DNA of 64,000 bases. Source: Camelus dromedarius (Eukaryota). The DNA lies in the NCBI RefSeq assembly GCF_036321535.1, contig NC_087436.1, positions 115,136,001 through 115,200,000 on the forward strand. Reading direction: 5' to 3'. Position numbers and translations under genes: made by a program. The notes below the pieces were generated by a model that saw nothing but the letters and a program-made list of their open reading frames with translations, was not told where the DNA came from and did not search any database. This document shows, piece by piece, positions 38,476 to 50,510 of the stretch. Every line of letters starts with the position of its first letter. Within the stretch, counting starts at the first letter, position 1.

Positions 38476-39410
38476 GGATACAGTAGGAAGAGATATTTTT
38501 TAAAAATAACAGCTATTCTATTGCTAGAACTGATAAGGGACTTTCCAACAATGGGTCTGATGTTCTAACGCTATCACCAGAATTAGGGTGACTAACCCAT
38601 CCATTGCTGGGTAGGACTGGGGAACCGTAAACCTCTCTCTGAGTTCCCAGACCTTACCAAGAAGGTGATCACAAGGCCACAAGAAGAACAGTGAACATGG
38701 TCTATTAAAGTGAGAAAAATTTCCCTGGGTCCCTTCTCAAGATCACAATACTTGGAGAGGAGTGTGGACTGGAGAATGAGGCACCAAAAGTTTTAACAAA
38801 TGGATATTTCCTCTCTAGTTCACCTTGATAAAGGAAAAGAAAGAAAAGGAAGTTTCTCTTCCTGCTCTCCAGATCAGCCTGCACATTCTTCAATTATAAA
38901 ATGCATTGCTTTTTTTTTTTTTTCTACTTTGTTTACATATCTGCTAGGCTACAATATTCTTCATCTCAGTGACACTTGCATCTCCTGAGCTAAAGGCAGT
39001 TTCAGGAATACAGCAGACACTCAGAAACTGTGGAATGGGTTACCAGGTCAAAGACTGGCAAATAAAAACATTGAAAAACAGCAATAAAATTTTTCTTCTA
39101 CTTGATGTTTTTCTTTCCTGCCCTCTTGCAATAATCTTTTTGAATAAAGTTTCTCTTTACACAAGCCTGGATTTATTTGTATTTGACACCAAGCACAAAG
39201 GTGATTTGATATTTAAGAACCAGAGCTCCAGATAGGAAGCCTTTTTAATCCCTACAATGAAGGGCAGGGTTTGTTACAAGAGTCTGGGGCAGGAAGCAAC
39301 TAAGGTCTCAAGATACTGGTGGAAGTTAGAGTGGAGACCAGGAAGCAAGTCAGGTGAGTACACAGCAATTTAATTTATAATTGTGAGACTCAGAAACCCC
39401 TGAAAGTTTC

Positions 39411-39736
39411 TTTTTTATTGAAGTATAGTCAGTGTATGATGTTGTGTCAGTTTCTGGTGTAGAGCATAATGTTTCAGTCATACACATACATGCATATATT
39501 CCTTTTCATATTCTTCTTCATTATATGTTACTATAAGATATTGAATAGAGTTCCCTGTGCTGTACAGTAGGACCTTGTTATTTATCTATTTTATATATAA
39601 TAGTTAGTATCTACAAATCTCAAACTTCCAATTATCCCTTCCCACTCCCTTCCCCTCCACTAACCATAAATTTTATTTGCAAACCATGCGACTGAGAAGG
39701 GCTTAATTTCCAGAATATACAAACAGCTCATACAAC
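39411..39736 (-). mobile_element. 5'-inverted (twin-primed) L1 inserted in a MER5-like element
   Basis: Antisense L1 3' UTR at 39411-~39668 joined to a sense ORF2 piece atttgcaaaccatgcgactgagaagggcttaatttccagaatatacaaacagctcatacaa; degenerate TSD cctgaaagtttc/cctgggagcttt. Confidence 0.75.
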
Positions 39737-40829
39737 CTGGGAGCTTTTATCAACGCCCCTTACCCCAGATTACTGAATTGGAATCTTCAGGGTGGGGTCC
39801 AGGAATCTGCATGATTAAGAACCTTCCCAAGTGATTTATATTCGCAATCAGTTGAAAGAAACTTTAAAACTTTGACTCCTTCATTTGAATCCTCTTTATT
39901 GAATCTGCCAGTGTTTCAAATTATGCATTTCAATATTAACAGAATTGAGCTGTGCAATTTAAATTTTTAATCCCTATACATTTAAAACCAGGCATTAATT
40001 TCCAGCTGACACCCCCCTCTTCTTTGAACGTGACCTTTATTTTAATAGTAATGAAATTTATGTAGCGTGCTTCATTTCCCTGATTTACTGTAACATAGCT
40101 AAATTCATGTTGGAAATGATTAGACTGTGGCTCCACATTAAATCCTTAATAAACACACACAAGTGAAATTATCAGGTTCTCTTAAGTCAACCAATTAAAA
40201 AACATAGATAATGGAAATCAAATTTGCTATCAAATTTCTCCTTATTATGACTCAACAGAGTTTGTCATCACCTTACAAAATCTAGGCACAGATAAAGGAA
40301 GGATGACTTAAAAAAAAAATGAAGGCCATGTCTTCATCAAATCGTGTTAATTATTAGATACCTGATAGCAAATGAGCAGCTTGGAAGATTTTCTTTCTGC
40401 GTAGATTGGTTGTTTTGGCACATTACAGATGCAGCCTCAGGCTACCTAAAATGAATGATGGATTCCGGTATATGCTTTGGCCCCAGATTTATTTTTTCCT
40501 TATTCCGTATCACCTGCCAACATGGTAGGCAGTGAAATGCAGTGGGGAACATATGAAGCCAAATAACACAACAAAATACTGGAACACCTCTTGGGGTCAA
40601 TTTTGAATCCATAAAGTGGCTGTTAATATTTTCCAATAGTCACTCCAAAGAATGCTAGTGATCACTATGGTATTTCTGAGTTGCCTTTAGAGCAGGCAGA
40701 AAAAGACATAAGTTAAAAAAAAAAAAAAAAAAAAAGCTTGTGGAGACATATTTTCTCGGAGAACGATGAAGTTCAGAAACTTAGTCCCAAACAATTGCAC
40801 AGGGAAGATGGGACATTAGAATGACAGAG

Positions 40830-41030
40830 CATGACTTATACACCAGACATTTTACATCAATGTTTTCATTTAATCCTAAAAAAGCCCTGTGAAAAAGCTG
40901 TCAGGACTCTCATTTTACAGATGAGGACACAGGTTTAGAGACTCTAAGAAACTTACCCATAATTACAGATTTAGGTTGTAGGGTTCAGATGCCCAGCCAG
41001 GATCAAAAGACTCCAAAGCCCAGTCATTAC
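40830..41030 (-). mobile_element. MIR SINE (antisense)
   Basis: catttaatcct...ctcattttacagatgaggacacaggtttagaga...gactccaaagccc. Confidence 0.75.
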
Positions 41031-41463
41031 ACTCAGTTCCAATATTTCCTAAAATAAAGCAATGTAACTTGCATGCATTTTCTCACTTAAAGCTGATAAC
41101 AATCTCGTGGGAATGGGAAGGGTAATTATTATATTCCTTTAACTGAAAGAAAAGGGAACAAATATAATTTCTTTCACTCTTCCCAGCTACTTCTCTAAGA
41201 AGGAAACTTCTATACTGAATTTATTTTTATTACCATCAAGCTTACACATGCCAGATTTATACTGTGTATGTTTCATCATCCACCCATGACTGTGGTAGCC
41301 TGTCTCCATGGAGAGCAGAATTTAACATTAAAAGACCTGACTGTGAATCTCAGCTGTGTCTCCTACTGTTTTGTTTAACCCGCTTGCTTCTCTCTGGGAT
41401 TCAGGAGTGCATTTCATAGTTCCTGACACCACGGGTGCCTTCAAAGTGTACGCCTTAAACTAC

Positions 41464-41844
41464 CTGGCAGGGACACTGGTCAGGCTCAGACTGGCCGTGG
41501 GCCACAGTGATGACCCACAGCAGGTGCCGCACTGTTGATGGGGTTCTAGGACCCCTTGGGAACCCAGGCAGGAAGAACCTCGGTTTATCCAAAGGTGTGG
41601 CAGAAGCTGTGTCCGAGCAAGGACTGTCTCTTCTGAATTGTTTTGTCTGAGGTGATGTTTTTCTTCGCCATGACTTTGGACCTCTCCACGATAGCCTCTT
41701 CCTTCCACGCACTGACCTGGCCTCTCCATCCACCACTTCTGCTGGCAGAGCAGCACTGGCTTCTTCTGGCAGGAAGAGCTTGGCTCTGCTTTCACCTGCA
41801 TACCTGGCTGGGCCTCTTGGCTTTGGAGACCTTCCCAAATTTTA
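41464..41844 (-). other. Candidate 381-bp exon (unverified); alternatively a plus-strand retrocopy tail
   Basis: Minus strand shows a long poly-T then ATTAAAG| acceptor, a CCAG|GTAGTT donor, length divisible by 3 and one fully open frame; no protein recognised. Confidence 0.25.
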
Positions 41845-42127
41845 CTTTAATAAAAAAAAAAAAAAAAGAAGGTTCAGTAAAATCTGTTCTATCACTATGG
41901 CAATGCTTTGAACCAAATATTCAAGGTAAACGTATGTGTTACTTCAAGTAGTTAATTTGAGAAGAATTTTATCCAGAGGATTTTAAGTAAGAAATCTTAT
42001 CTAGCTATTTATCATATATATGTCCTAAAATTTATTTTTTTATGCTAGATTATAAACATTAATATGTAAATGAAGATAACTGCCATGTATTAGAAGCCTA
42101 CTGTGTACTAGATGTGGTGCTTGAGAT

Positions 42128-42668
42128 GTTATATTAGTTTCTTAGGACCGCCATGACAAAGCTCCTTGGACCAGGTGGCTTAAAGAACAGAAATGCATCT
42201 GCTCACAGTGCTGAGGTCTAGAAGTCTGAGATCAAGGTTTCAGCAGGGTCTGTTTCTTCTGAGGCCTCTCTCTTTGGCTTGTTCATGGCCATCTTCAACC
42301 TGTGTCTTCATATGGTCTTCCCTTTGACTGTATCAGTGTTTTAATTGCTCTTTTTTTAAAAAAAATTAGTTGCATAATTTCATGTATGGATTTTTAAATT
42401 GAAGTCTAGTCAGTTACAATGTGTCAATTTCTAGTGTACAGAATAGTGTTTCAGTCATACATATACATACATGTATTCACTCTCATATTCTTTTTCATTA
42501 AAGGTTAACTACATAAGCACGCTAACCAGATTACGGCCACCCTAAGGACCTCATTTCAACTCAATTACATCCTTAAAGACCTTACAGATAAAGACACATT
42601 TAGAGGTACTGCTGGTTAGGAATTTAACATATGAATTTCAGGAGAACACAGTTCACCCCATAACAGCC
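42128..42668 (-). mobile_element. MLT1 (C/D-like) LTR with a nested short antisense L1 3' end (~42390-42510)
   Basis: ggtggcttaaagaacagaaatg...agaagtctgagatcaagg...ttcaccccataaca; nested ttgaagtctagtcagttacaatgtgtcaatttct. Confidence 0.8.
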
Positions 42669-43149
42669 TGTTATATAAGAGCTATTATGTATAATACATT
42701 TTAAGTTTTGCATAATTTCTCACACTTTAGAATGAGAGCAAAGATGTTGAGTATCCTTCCTAAGGTCAAAGAGCTGACAGATGATGGAACTAGGGTTTAA
42801 AGCTATAGGTCTGGGAAACTTCAAGGCTCTTAATAACCAGTCTAGTGTGTTTTCCACCCTCTGCCATCTCCTGTTTCCAGGAGACCTATCCTCAATATAT
42901 CAATGCTCATCTCTCCCTGAGCACAGGCACTAGCTGACTCATTGCAGTTTTTGCCACAGACCAGTAACATCTTGCCCGAGTGATGTTACATTTTGCCTAA
43001 ACGGTGGACATCCCCCTTCAGGCTCCATGCAGCTGCTGTCTTGACTAGTTGGATAGAATTTGATGCAAGTGGAGGCTAGGAATGTGTTCTGCTCAATTTC
43101 ACAGAATTCTAAGTAGTTTTGTTTGAGATACAAGTTTCCTATTTAAATG

Positions 43150-43503
43150 ATGTTGAGGTCACTATAACAAAAATGCCATAGACTGGGTGGCTTAAACAAC
43201 AGAAATTCATTTCTTACAGTTCTGGAGGCTGGGAAGTCCAAGATGAAGGCGCTGGCAGACCTGATGTCTGGTGAGGGCTGGCTTCCCTTCTGGTTTGCAG
43301 GTGGCCAGCTTCTCCTCACATGGCCTAAAGACAGAGGAAGCAAGCCCTCATGTCTCCTCTTAGCAGGGCGCCAATCTCCTCCTGAGGGGTCTGCCCTCAA
43401 GCCCAAATTACCTCCCAAAGGCTCCACCTCCAAATATTAACATGCTGGGATTAGGGTTGTAACATACGGCTTTTGGGTGGACAAGAACATTCAGCCCATA
43501 GAA
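43150..43503 (-). mobile_element. MLT1A/B-like LTR
   Basis: gactgggtggcttaaacaacagaaattcatttcttacagttctggaggctgggaagtccaagat...cattcagcccatag. Confidence 0.85.
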
Positions 43504-46164
43504 CTCATGAAGAAGGAATGCCTGTATCAGACTGGTGGCATCACATTTTCCTGTGACTGTCTTATTTGATCTCATCACAAAAGCCTTCTGAGGTAGTAAG
43601 CACCAGTATCCATATGACTTGGTCAATTTGCACTCTTTTGTCTTTGAAGCTTCTCAGTGCAGTGGTCAGACCATGCTTGCACGTGGTTACAGGACACATC
43701 AGAAGATGGTTGTGCTGGGACTTAAAAACTAGTAGTGATGAGGCAGGTTAATGGCAGGGTGGGGTTTGGCGGGGGAAGAGATGCAAAGAGCAGGAAAGAA
43801 GGTAGAAGAACTGATAACAGAGCTCATGGAAGAAGAGCTGTTTTTCCCCCACATTCATGGGCAAATCTCACTTGTGTAGGATTCTGTTGGTTTCCGTTAA
43901 GACTAATTCTAAAGGCATAAATCACAACCTCAGAGGCAATTCTATCAGCAAAGGTAAGATAAATGTGCACATACCTGTAATACAGGCAAGCATGCAATTA
44001 GGTTGTAATGAGTGTTTAGATTGTTTTCTCTAGAACTGTTTTAATAGTTTTCTGCTTCTCTATCAGAAGAGGGGTCATTTTTATCTAAAATGATCAGTTA
44101 CGACAGTGAGATTTGACAGAAATCGGAAGGATATTAAAGGAAGGTTATGAATTGAAGAGTGGGAAACGAGACAGGAGGATTAGGAGCTGACTGGTAGACA
44201 TGAAGTGTACAAGAAAATGGCAAATTATAGAGAAAGAAGAAAGATAAAGCAGTAATTAAATAGTAACAGGAGAACTGGCTACAGATAAGATTGGGTCCCA
44301 GTTTATGGTAAAATACGGGAGACGGCTTCCTTGACAGATTAAGGGATTAGGGCTTTACTCACAAGGCACTGAGGACTGTTCATTTGCTGTTCACAAGACA
44401 AAATGTCTCTGTTCTGGAAAATCACACACAATTTTGAAATGAAGCCACTGTTACCCACCATCATCTTTTAAACGTTCACATCGGAATTTGGTCCCCAAGC
44501 AACTGGACCAAATTTTTATTTTAAGAAGAAAGACTTTTCTTTTTGATCACTCTCAAAAGATTAAAAAAAATACCTTTACTTAGCTATTTAGCAAGCACTT
44601 GTAAGGAATCAAGCTGAGACAAAAAAGCCAAAATGCAGACAAAGATGTTTATAACAACTATATTAGTTATAATAATGAAAAATTAGAAACAACTCCATTT
44701 TTTCTTTTTAGAGGTGCAGCTAAATAAATTATGACATATCTATACCATAGATTATGATTCAGCCATTTTAAAAGTTTCAGTGATGTGTGCAAAATTAGAA
44801 GGAAGCACAATGACATACTAATAATGATTATCTTGACATACAGAATTCTTGGAATTAAAAAAATAGCTTACAAATTTATCTATTTTCCAAGTTTCACAAA
44901 ATGATCATATATTTGTGAGATAATCAGAATAAAAGTTGAAATTAATCTGAAATCAATGCCGAGCAATGGTTTCCAGTAACGGCAGCGTCTTTGGAATAAT
45001 CTGTAACAATCAGGGGGATGGACTTTGAAGGAAATAAATATTATCTGCAGGAGCACATTCTAGTCACCTGACACTCCAGTTCCCTAACCAGCTTTTGACT
45101 TATTTTGTCTCCAAAACCTTGTGAAAAAGAGCAGCCCTGTCCTCTGTGTGGGGGTTGCTGGGCTGAGGTGCCAGGGGCAGCCATCTGGCCTTCTGGTCAG
45201 AGGCTCGTGTGCAAATCTGATTCTTCTTTGTACCGTCAGAGTCTAGTACTGTGCTTGATATATTATAGACATCAGGGTAGATTTGTTAGTTGCATAAAAA
45301 TATCTGGTCAGAAGATTTGTTCCTTTCACAAATAATACATTGTTAATCTGAGAATTCTGCCCATATTTGCTTTGGAGATTTGCCCAAATCACAGCTCAAT
45401 GTATTACAAATATTTGTGTTATAGAGAATGTATTTTGCTGAAATTTCCTTTGTAGAGTGGGGGTACCCTAACTATTCTCCTTACTGGCTTCATGGCCATG
45501 TCCAAGTCGCTTATCTTCTCTGGTCTTTTTATTTTATCAATTCAAATTAAAAATAAATGTGACACTATTTGGCACTGGAATGGTAGAGGTAGCAAATAAC
45601 GGTTGTTTCAGCTTGAATTGCCTGTTTCTTGGTAAACATGATTGACTGCAGGCATTTTGGAGAAATCATGTGTCTTTCTGAAAAGAGCTAGTTAGTATTC
45701 ATCACAGCAACTAGAAATGGTGAGGGATGAGGGTGTGTTAATGCCAAGACCAGACCACTCTTAATGACAGAAAAAGTCGTGGCTGGTTGCAAAACCCACC
45801 AACTGCCTCCCAAACATCCCACCACAGTAGAAAGTAGCACTAGCTTTGAGGGTCAGGTGTCATCTAAAATATAAAGACATATTTTTAACATTGGCTAATT
45901 TATAACCATTCTAAAAAGTGCCAGGAATGGGCAGTATAACCTTAATACATTTACCAAGTGATTTTCTCAATATATTCTTCAAATCTTTCAGCATTCGCTT
46001 AAAGATGCTCCGAAAGGCAGGTAAAAGAGAGATCAAGGTGCATGTGTCCAGAGGCCACAATGAGGCAACATCAATCCTGTTAATGCCCCACAGGAAACCA
46101 GTCCAACACCCAGGCCTATAAAAGACCTAGTTCTTTGTTACAGGTTCTCTGAGGTTTATAGAAA

Positions 46165-46183
46165 TACTGCCATCTAGTGGACA
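46165..46183 (-). promoter_or_regulatory. CTCF motif (reverse)
   Basis: Reverse complement TGTCCACTAGATGGCAGTA is a near-consensus CTCF core. Confidence 0.7.
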
Positions 46184-46954
46184 GAGCAAGAATTTTATAG
46201 CAATTCTCTCATTTCTTTATTTGTGAAATATGGTTAGTCACATTTCTTAAACGAAGAAAAGAAAGTAAATGTTCTATTAAGTGAATTCCACGTATGTGTG
46301 TTTTATAATGGAATTATATCTTTTAAAAACCCTCATATTACAGATGAGAAAACTGAGATTTAGGGAAACAAAGTAATTTTCCAATATGACATGCCTTCAA
46401 GTGGCAGAGTTAGGTTTGCTGCCAAGTTTGATTAACATTCAGACAATGAGAGAATAATGTTTTCTTCACAGCACCACAGACGTGTTAAATGTTAATGTTA
46501 ATTTAATGTTAATATTAAATGTAGAGAATTTAGTGGACTTACTGACCAGAGCTGGGATTTCATTTTTGGCTCTGTTGTCAGCTGTATGATCTTGCAAATT
46601 CATTTAATTTCTATAATCTTTGATGTTATCTCTACATAAAAAGTGAACATTAAACAAGAACATACATTTGAGAACTCTATACATTCCAAAGATTTGAGTT
46701 TATTGTTATAATTGCAAGCATCTCTAATTCACATTCTCATTTTGTAGAAAGACAAATAGAAATTCAATAGAGAAAGGCATGAGAACATTGTGAGATGAAA
46801 TGGGGAGAAATACAGGACTTGCATAGAGAATTTGACTTCTTTAATTCTAATTAAGAACCCCCAGTTCCAACACTACTGCTGCCAGAAGAACCCCCCGGAT
46901 ATGGATACGCATTGGATGTTAGAAGGCGGCAGCACCCCCCCCCACTGCCCCCCA

Positions 46955-47888
46955 AACAAATTGACAGAGTGAAAAATTAGCCTACAGAAAGGGAGGAAAT
47001 ATTTGTACACAGCATATCAGATGAAGGGTTAATATTCAAAGTATAAGAGGAACTCAATAGAAAGAAAAATAAATAACCCAATTAAAAAATGAGTGAAATA
47101 GATGAGTAGACATTTCACAAAAGAAGGCACACAAATGGCCACAAGGCATATGAAAACATCTCAGCATTACTAGTCATCAGGGACATGCAGTCAAAACCAC
47201 AATGAGATATCATTTCATGCTGCTTACGATAGTTACTACCAAAGATCAAAAGATAACAACTGTTGTCAAGGATGTGGAAAAATTGGAATTTTTTGTATAC
47301 TGTTGATAAGAATTCTATGGGGAGCTGTTTGGAGGCTGCACAAAAAAAATTACATTTTTTTATGATCCAGAAATCTTATTTCTGGGTAAATATCCAAAAG
47401 AAGTGAAATCAAGATCGTGAAGAGATAGTATGCCCATGTTTATTGTAGCATTATTCACAACAGCCAAGATAAAGAAGCAATCAATAGATGCCCATCGGTA
47501 GATGAATGGGTAAAGAAAATGCAATATACACACACAACGGAATATTATTCAGCCTTAAAAATGAAAAAAAATCCTGCCCTATGTGACAACATGGATGAAC
47601 CTGGAGGGCATAACGCTATGTGAAATTAACCAGCCACAGATGGACAATTATACACGATTCAGTTTAACAGAGAGTAGAATGTTGGTTGCCAGGGGCTGAG
47701 GGGAGGGGGAAATGGAGAGCTGTCATTCAGCAGATGTACATTTTTACTCAAACGAAATGAAAAAAAGTTCCAAGGATCTTCTATACAAAACTGCGCTTAT
47801 AGTTAACAATACTGTATTTTGCACTTAAGAATTTAAGATGGCAGATCTCATGTTAAGTGTTTTTACCACTATAATTAAAAAAAAAAAG
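46955..47888 (+). mobile_element. Older L1 3' end (L1MA/MB-type)
   Basis: Degenerate ORF2 end (caaaaccacaatgagatatcatt; ggaatattattcagccttaaaaa), 3' UTR gatctcatgttaagtgtttttaccac, polyA. Confidence 0.85.
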
Positions 47889-48949
47889 AATAAGGTTTGG
47901 TACATGAAAGTTTGGAACACAGAAACATTTCAAAAGTATTTCACAGATCTCATTGAAATAAGCAGCGGCAATTTCATACATGTGGTGAATCAGAGACACT
48001 CTCTGGATTCAACATGGTCAGGTCCTGGTTGAGGAACGTACCCCTTGAATCTTAAAACAGCCTATGGGGTGAAACTGATTGCTCTCTATTTATGGGGGGG
48101 GGAAACTGAATCTCAAGAGCCTGACTTGCTCCAAGTTCCACCGCTCAAAAAAGGCAGGACAGAGACGAAAATCAAATGCAGTCAACCGTGATATTTCCCC
48201 CCCGATGACCCACCAAACAGTTTATTTTCACAGAGGAGCTCTTGTAACCCCCTCTGGCTCAGGACTCTGCCTCTGATCAGGAGGCTTGTTAAATGGGCTT
48301 GACTCAAGCTTAAATCCTGCCTTGACTGAAAGCCAGTAAGTAAGGCTTAGCCCTGACCCAGGTTAGACAACTGGTGTTTTCACGCTGGTCGTTTCCCTGT
48401 GTTTCTCCCAGCATTCCTCAAGACCCTGCTTTGAATGACTTCCAGGACCCCAGGTCCGCAACGGCTAATGCGGTAAGTTTCCCTGCACCTCTCTGGTCCT
48501 AGGAGGCAGCTTGTGAATCCATTGCTTATGTTTTGAGCTCTTCCTAATGCCACATATTTTCTTACATCTGGATCTCCGCCTCGGGCGTATTGACAGGCTT
48601 CATCCCACCCTTATGCTCTACACCTGCCAAAATAGTGCCTCCTCCCAGTCTCCTTGACGAGCAGAGCCTTGATTTTGCTACTGCCTACTCTGCCCTTAAA
48701 AGCTTGACTGTCATGCCGTTCCTCTTTGTCTCTGGTCTTGATCTTCTCACTGTATCTAATCCTCACTAGTGGCAACACGATCCAGGTTCAAACAAGCAAA
48801 CGACAAACAAGAACAGGCGATGTTTCTGATTGTGTAAGCAAATCGCTGTTAATGTTTACCGTTGTGTTGTGTTCCTTTGATCCTGTGGGTAAGTGTGTGT
48901 GTGCTCATGCTATGTGGTAGAAGGTCTTCTCTCTGGTCTCACTGAATAT

Positions 48950-49480
48950 TTTAGAATGTTTTTCATGGCACCTCCTAGGGCAGATATCTAAGATTTCTAC
49001 TTACTAAGTAGTTACTTCTAAACAGCTTAAGTATTTGTGTCCTCAAAGCTTATAGCCATTTGGGAAAAAAAATTATGAACATATATGGGAATAAAAATAA
49101 CGTTGTATTTGATTCTTCAATCATTATAATTATTCACTAGTGAGATAAAGCAAGTGCACTTGTCAAGCACTGCACGACTACTTACCTCTTGGAATTAGGT
49201 TGACTGCTACCGACTTAATTTTCTCTTCCACACTGGTTGCTTGCTTTTTAATCATAGCAACTGTTGACAACTCAGCTTTGTAAAGATATGACATTCTCAA
49301 AAGGAATGGAACATAGACTATTGTTGAAACTATGAACCACCTTGAGCTAGTACTCTGTGTAGCATCCAACAGATGTTGAATATAACTGTATTTCTCTCAA
49401 ACTTTAAACTACCCTGCAGCACCACTGCAAGTTTGCTGTGGTGCCCCAGGGAACGTATACACACAGCTTGGGAACCCTGC
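48950..49480. mobile_element. hAT-Charlie DNA transposon remnant
   Basis: tttttcatggcacctcctagg...tgtggtgccccagg...cacagcttgggaaccctgc. Confidence 0.45.
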
Positions 49481-49759
49481 CCATACGGAGTTTGGAAATT
49501 GCAATTTTTACTGACTTTGTACATAACCAATTTCTCATAACATTTAGAAGCTTTTTAAGAAATATTTTAGTTTTTGAATTTAAAAATGAAGCTTGCTCAG
49601 TGACATAATTTTTTAAAGACCGTATATTTTAGTAGCTGCTCTATTCACTCTTTGCTGTATAATCTGCCAGTACTTGTATGTACTTTTTCACGGGACTGAG
49701 ATCACATGGTTTATGAATGTTTGAACCATGGTTTTATTCCCTTCGTATTATATCGTATT

Positions 49760-50510
49760 TCCGACTAACGTAAAGTAACAGAGACCAAATTTTCCCAGGG
49801 CTCAGGGAGGGAGAAATGAAGCAGAGCTGAGAGTCCAGGGAAACAAAGGTGGCTAGAGTTTGCCGGACAGAATGCCAGAGAGGGGAGAGCTAGCCCATTC
49901 CGGAGAAGAGCCCTATAGAGTATTCCATGGAGGATCGGGCATATGTGTTAGGAAATTGTCCAAGGCTTTAGAAAGAAATATTCAAGAGGATAGTTGAGGA
50001 CGGTGCCCTGCTCTCACACCAGACTAGAAATACTGCCTGTTCTCACCAGTCAGACTGGAAAATTTCATAATTCATGAAGAATTGGGTAGAGCACTCAGGA
50101 AAGTCTTACCTCAGTAGCAGGAAATATAAACTCTAGACTAAGCACTTCCCCAGAGGCACCTACCACATCATGAAAGCAAATCCAACACATCCAAAGTATC
50201 TAAGTAACTTATCTGCCTTACAACACAAAGGTCACAATTATGTAGAAGTGTAGTATAGAACCAGTATTGTTGGGTTTTGCTTTTAAAAAATTCAGTCTGA
50301 CAATCTCTGCCTTTCAGTTGAGATATGTAGAATATTTACATTTAATGTGATAACTGATGTAGTTGAGTTTAAGTCTATCATCTCACTATTTGCTTTCTAG
50401 TTACCTCATTTGTTCTTTGTTCTCATTTTCCTTTTTCTGCCTTCTTTTAGATGGAACATTTTTATGATTTCATTTTATCTCATTTGTTAGCTTACTCACT
50501 ACAACAATTA
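49760..50510. mobile_element. Old L1M fragments (5' region sense, then an antisense piece)
   Basis: agagtccagggaaacaaaggtggctagagtttg; cagtctgacaatctctgcctttcagttgag...atttacatttaatgtgataactgat. Confidence 0.55.
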
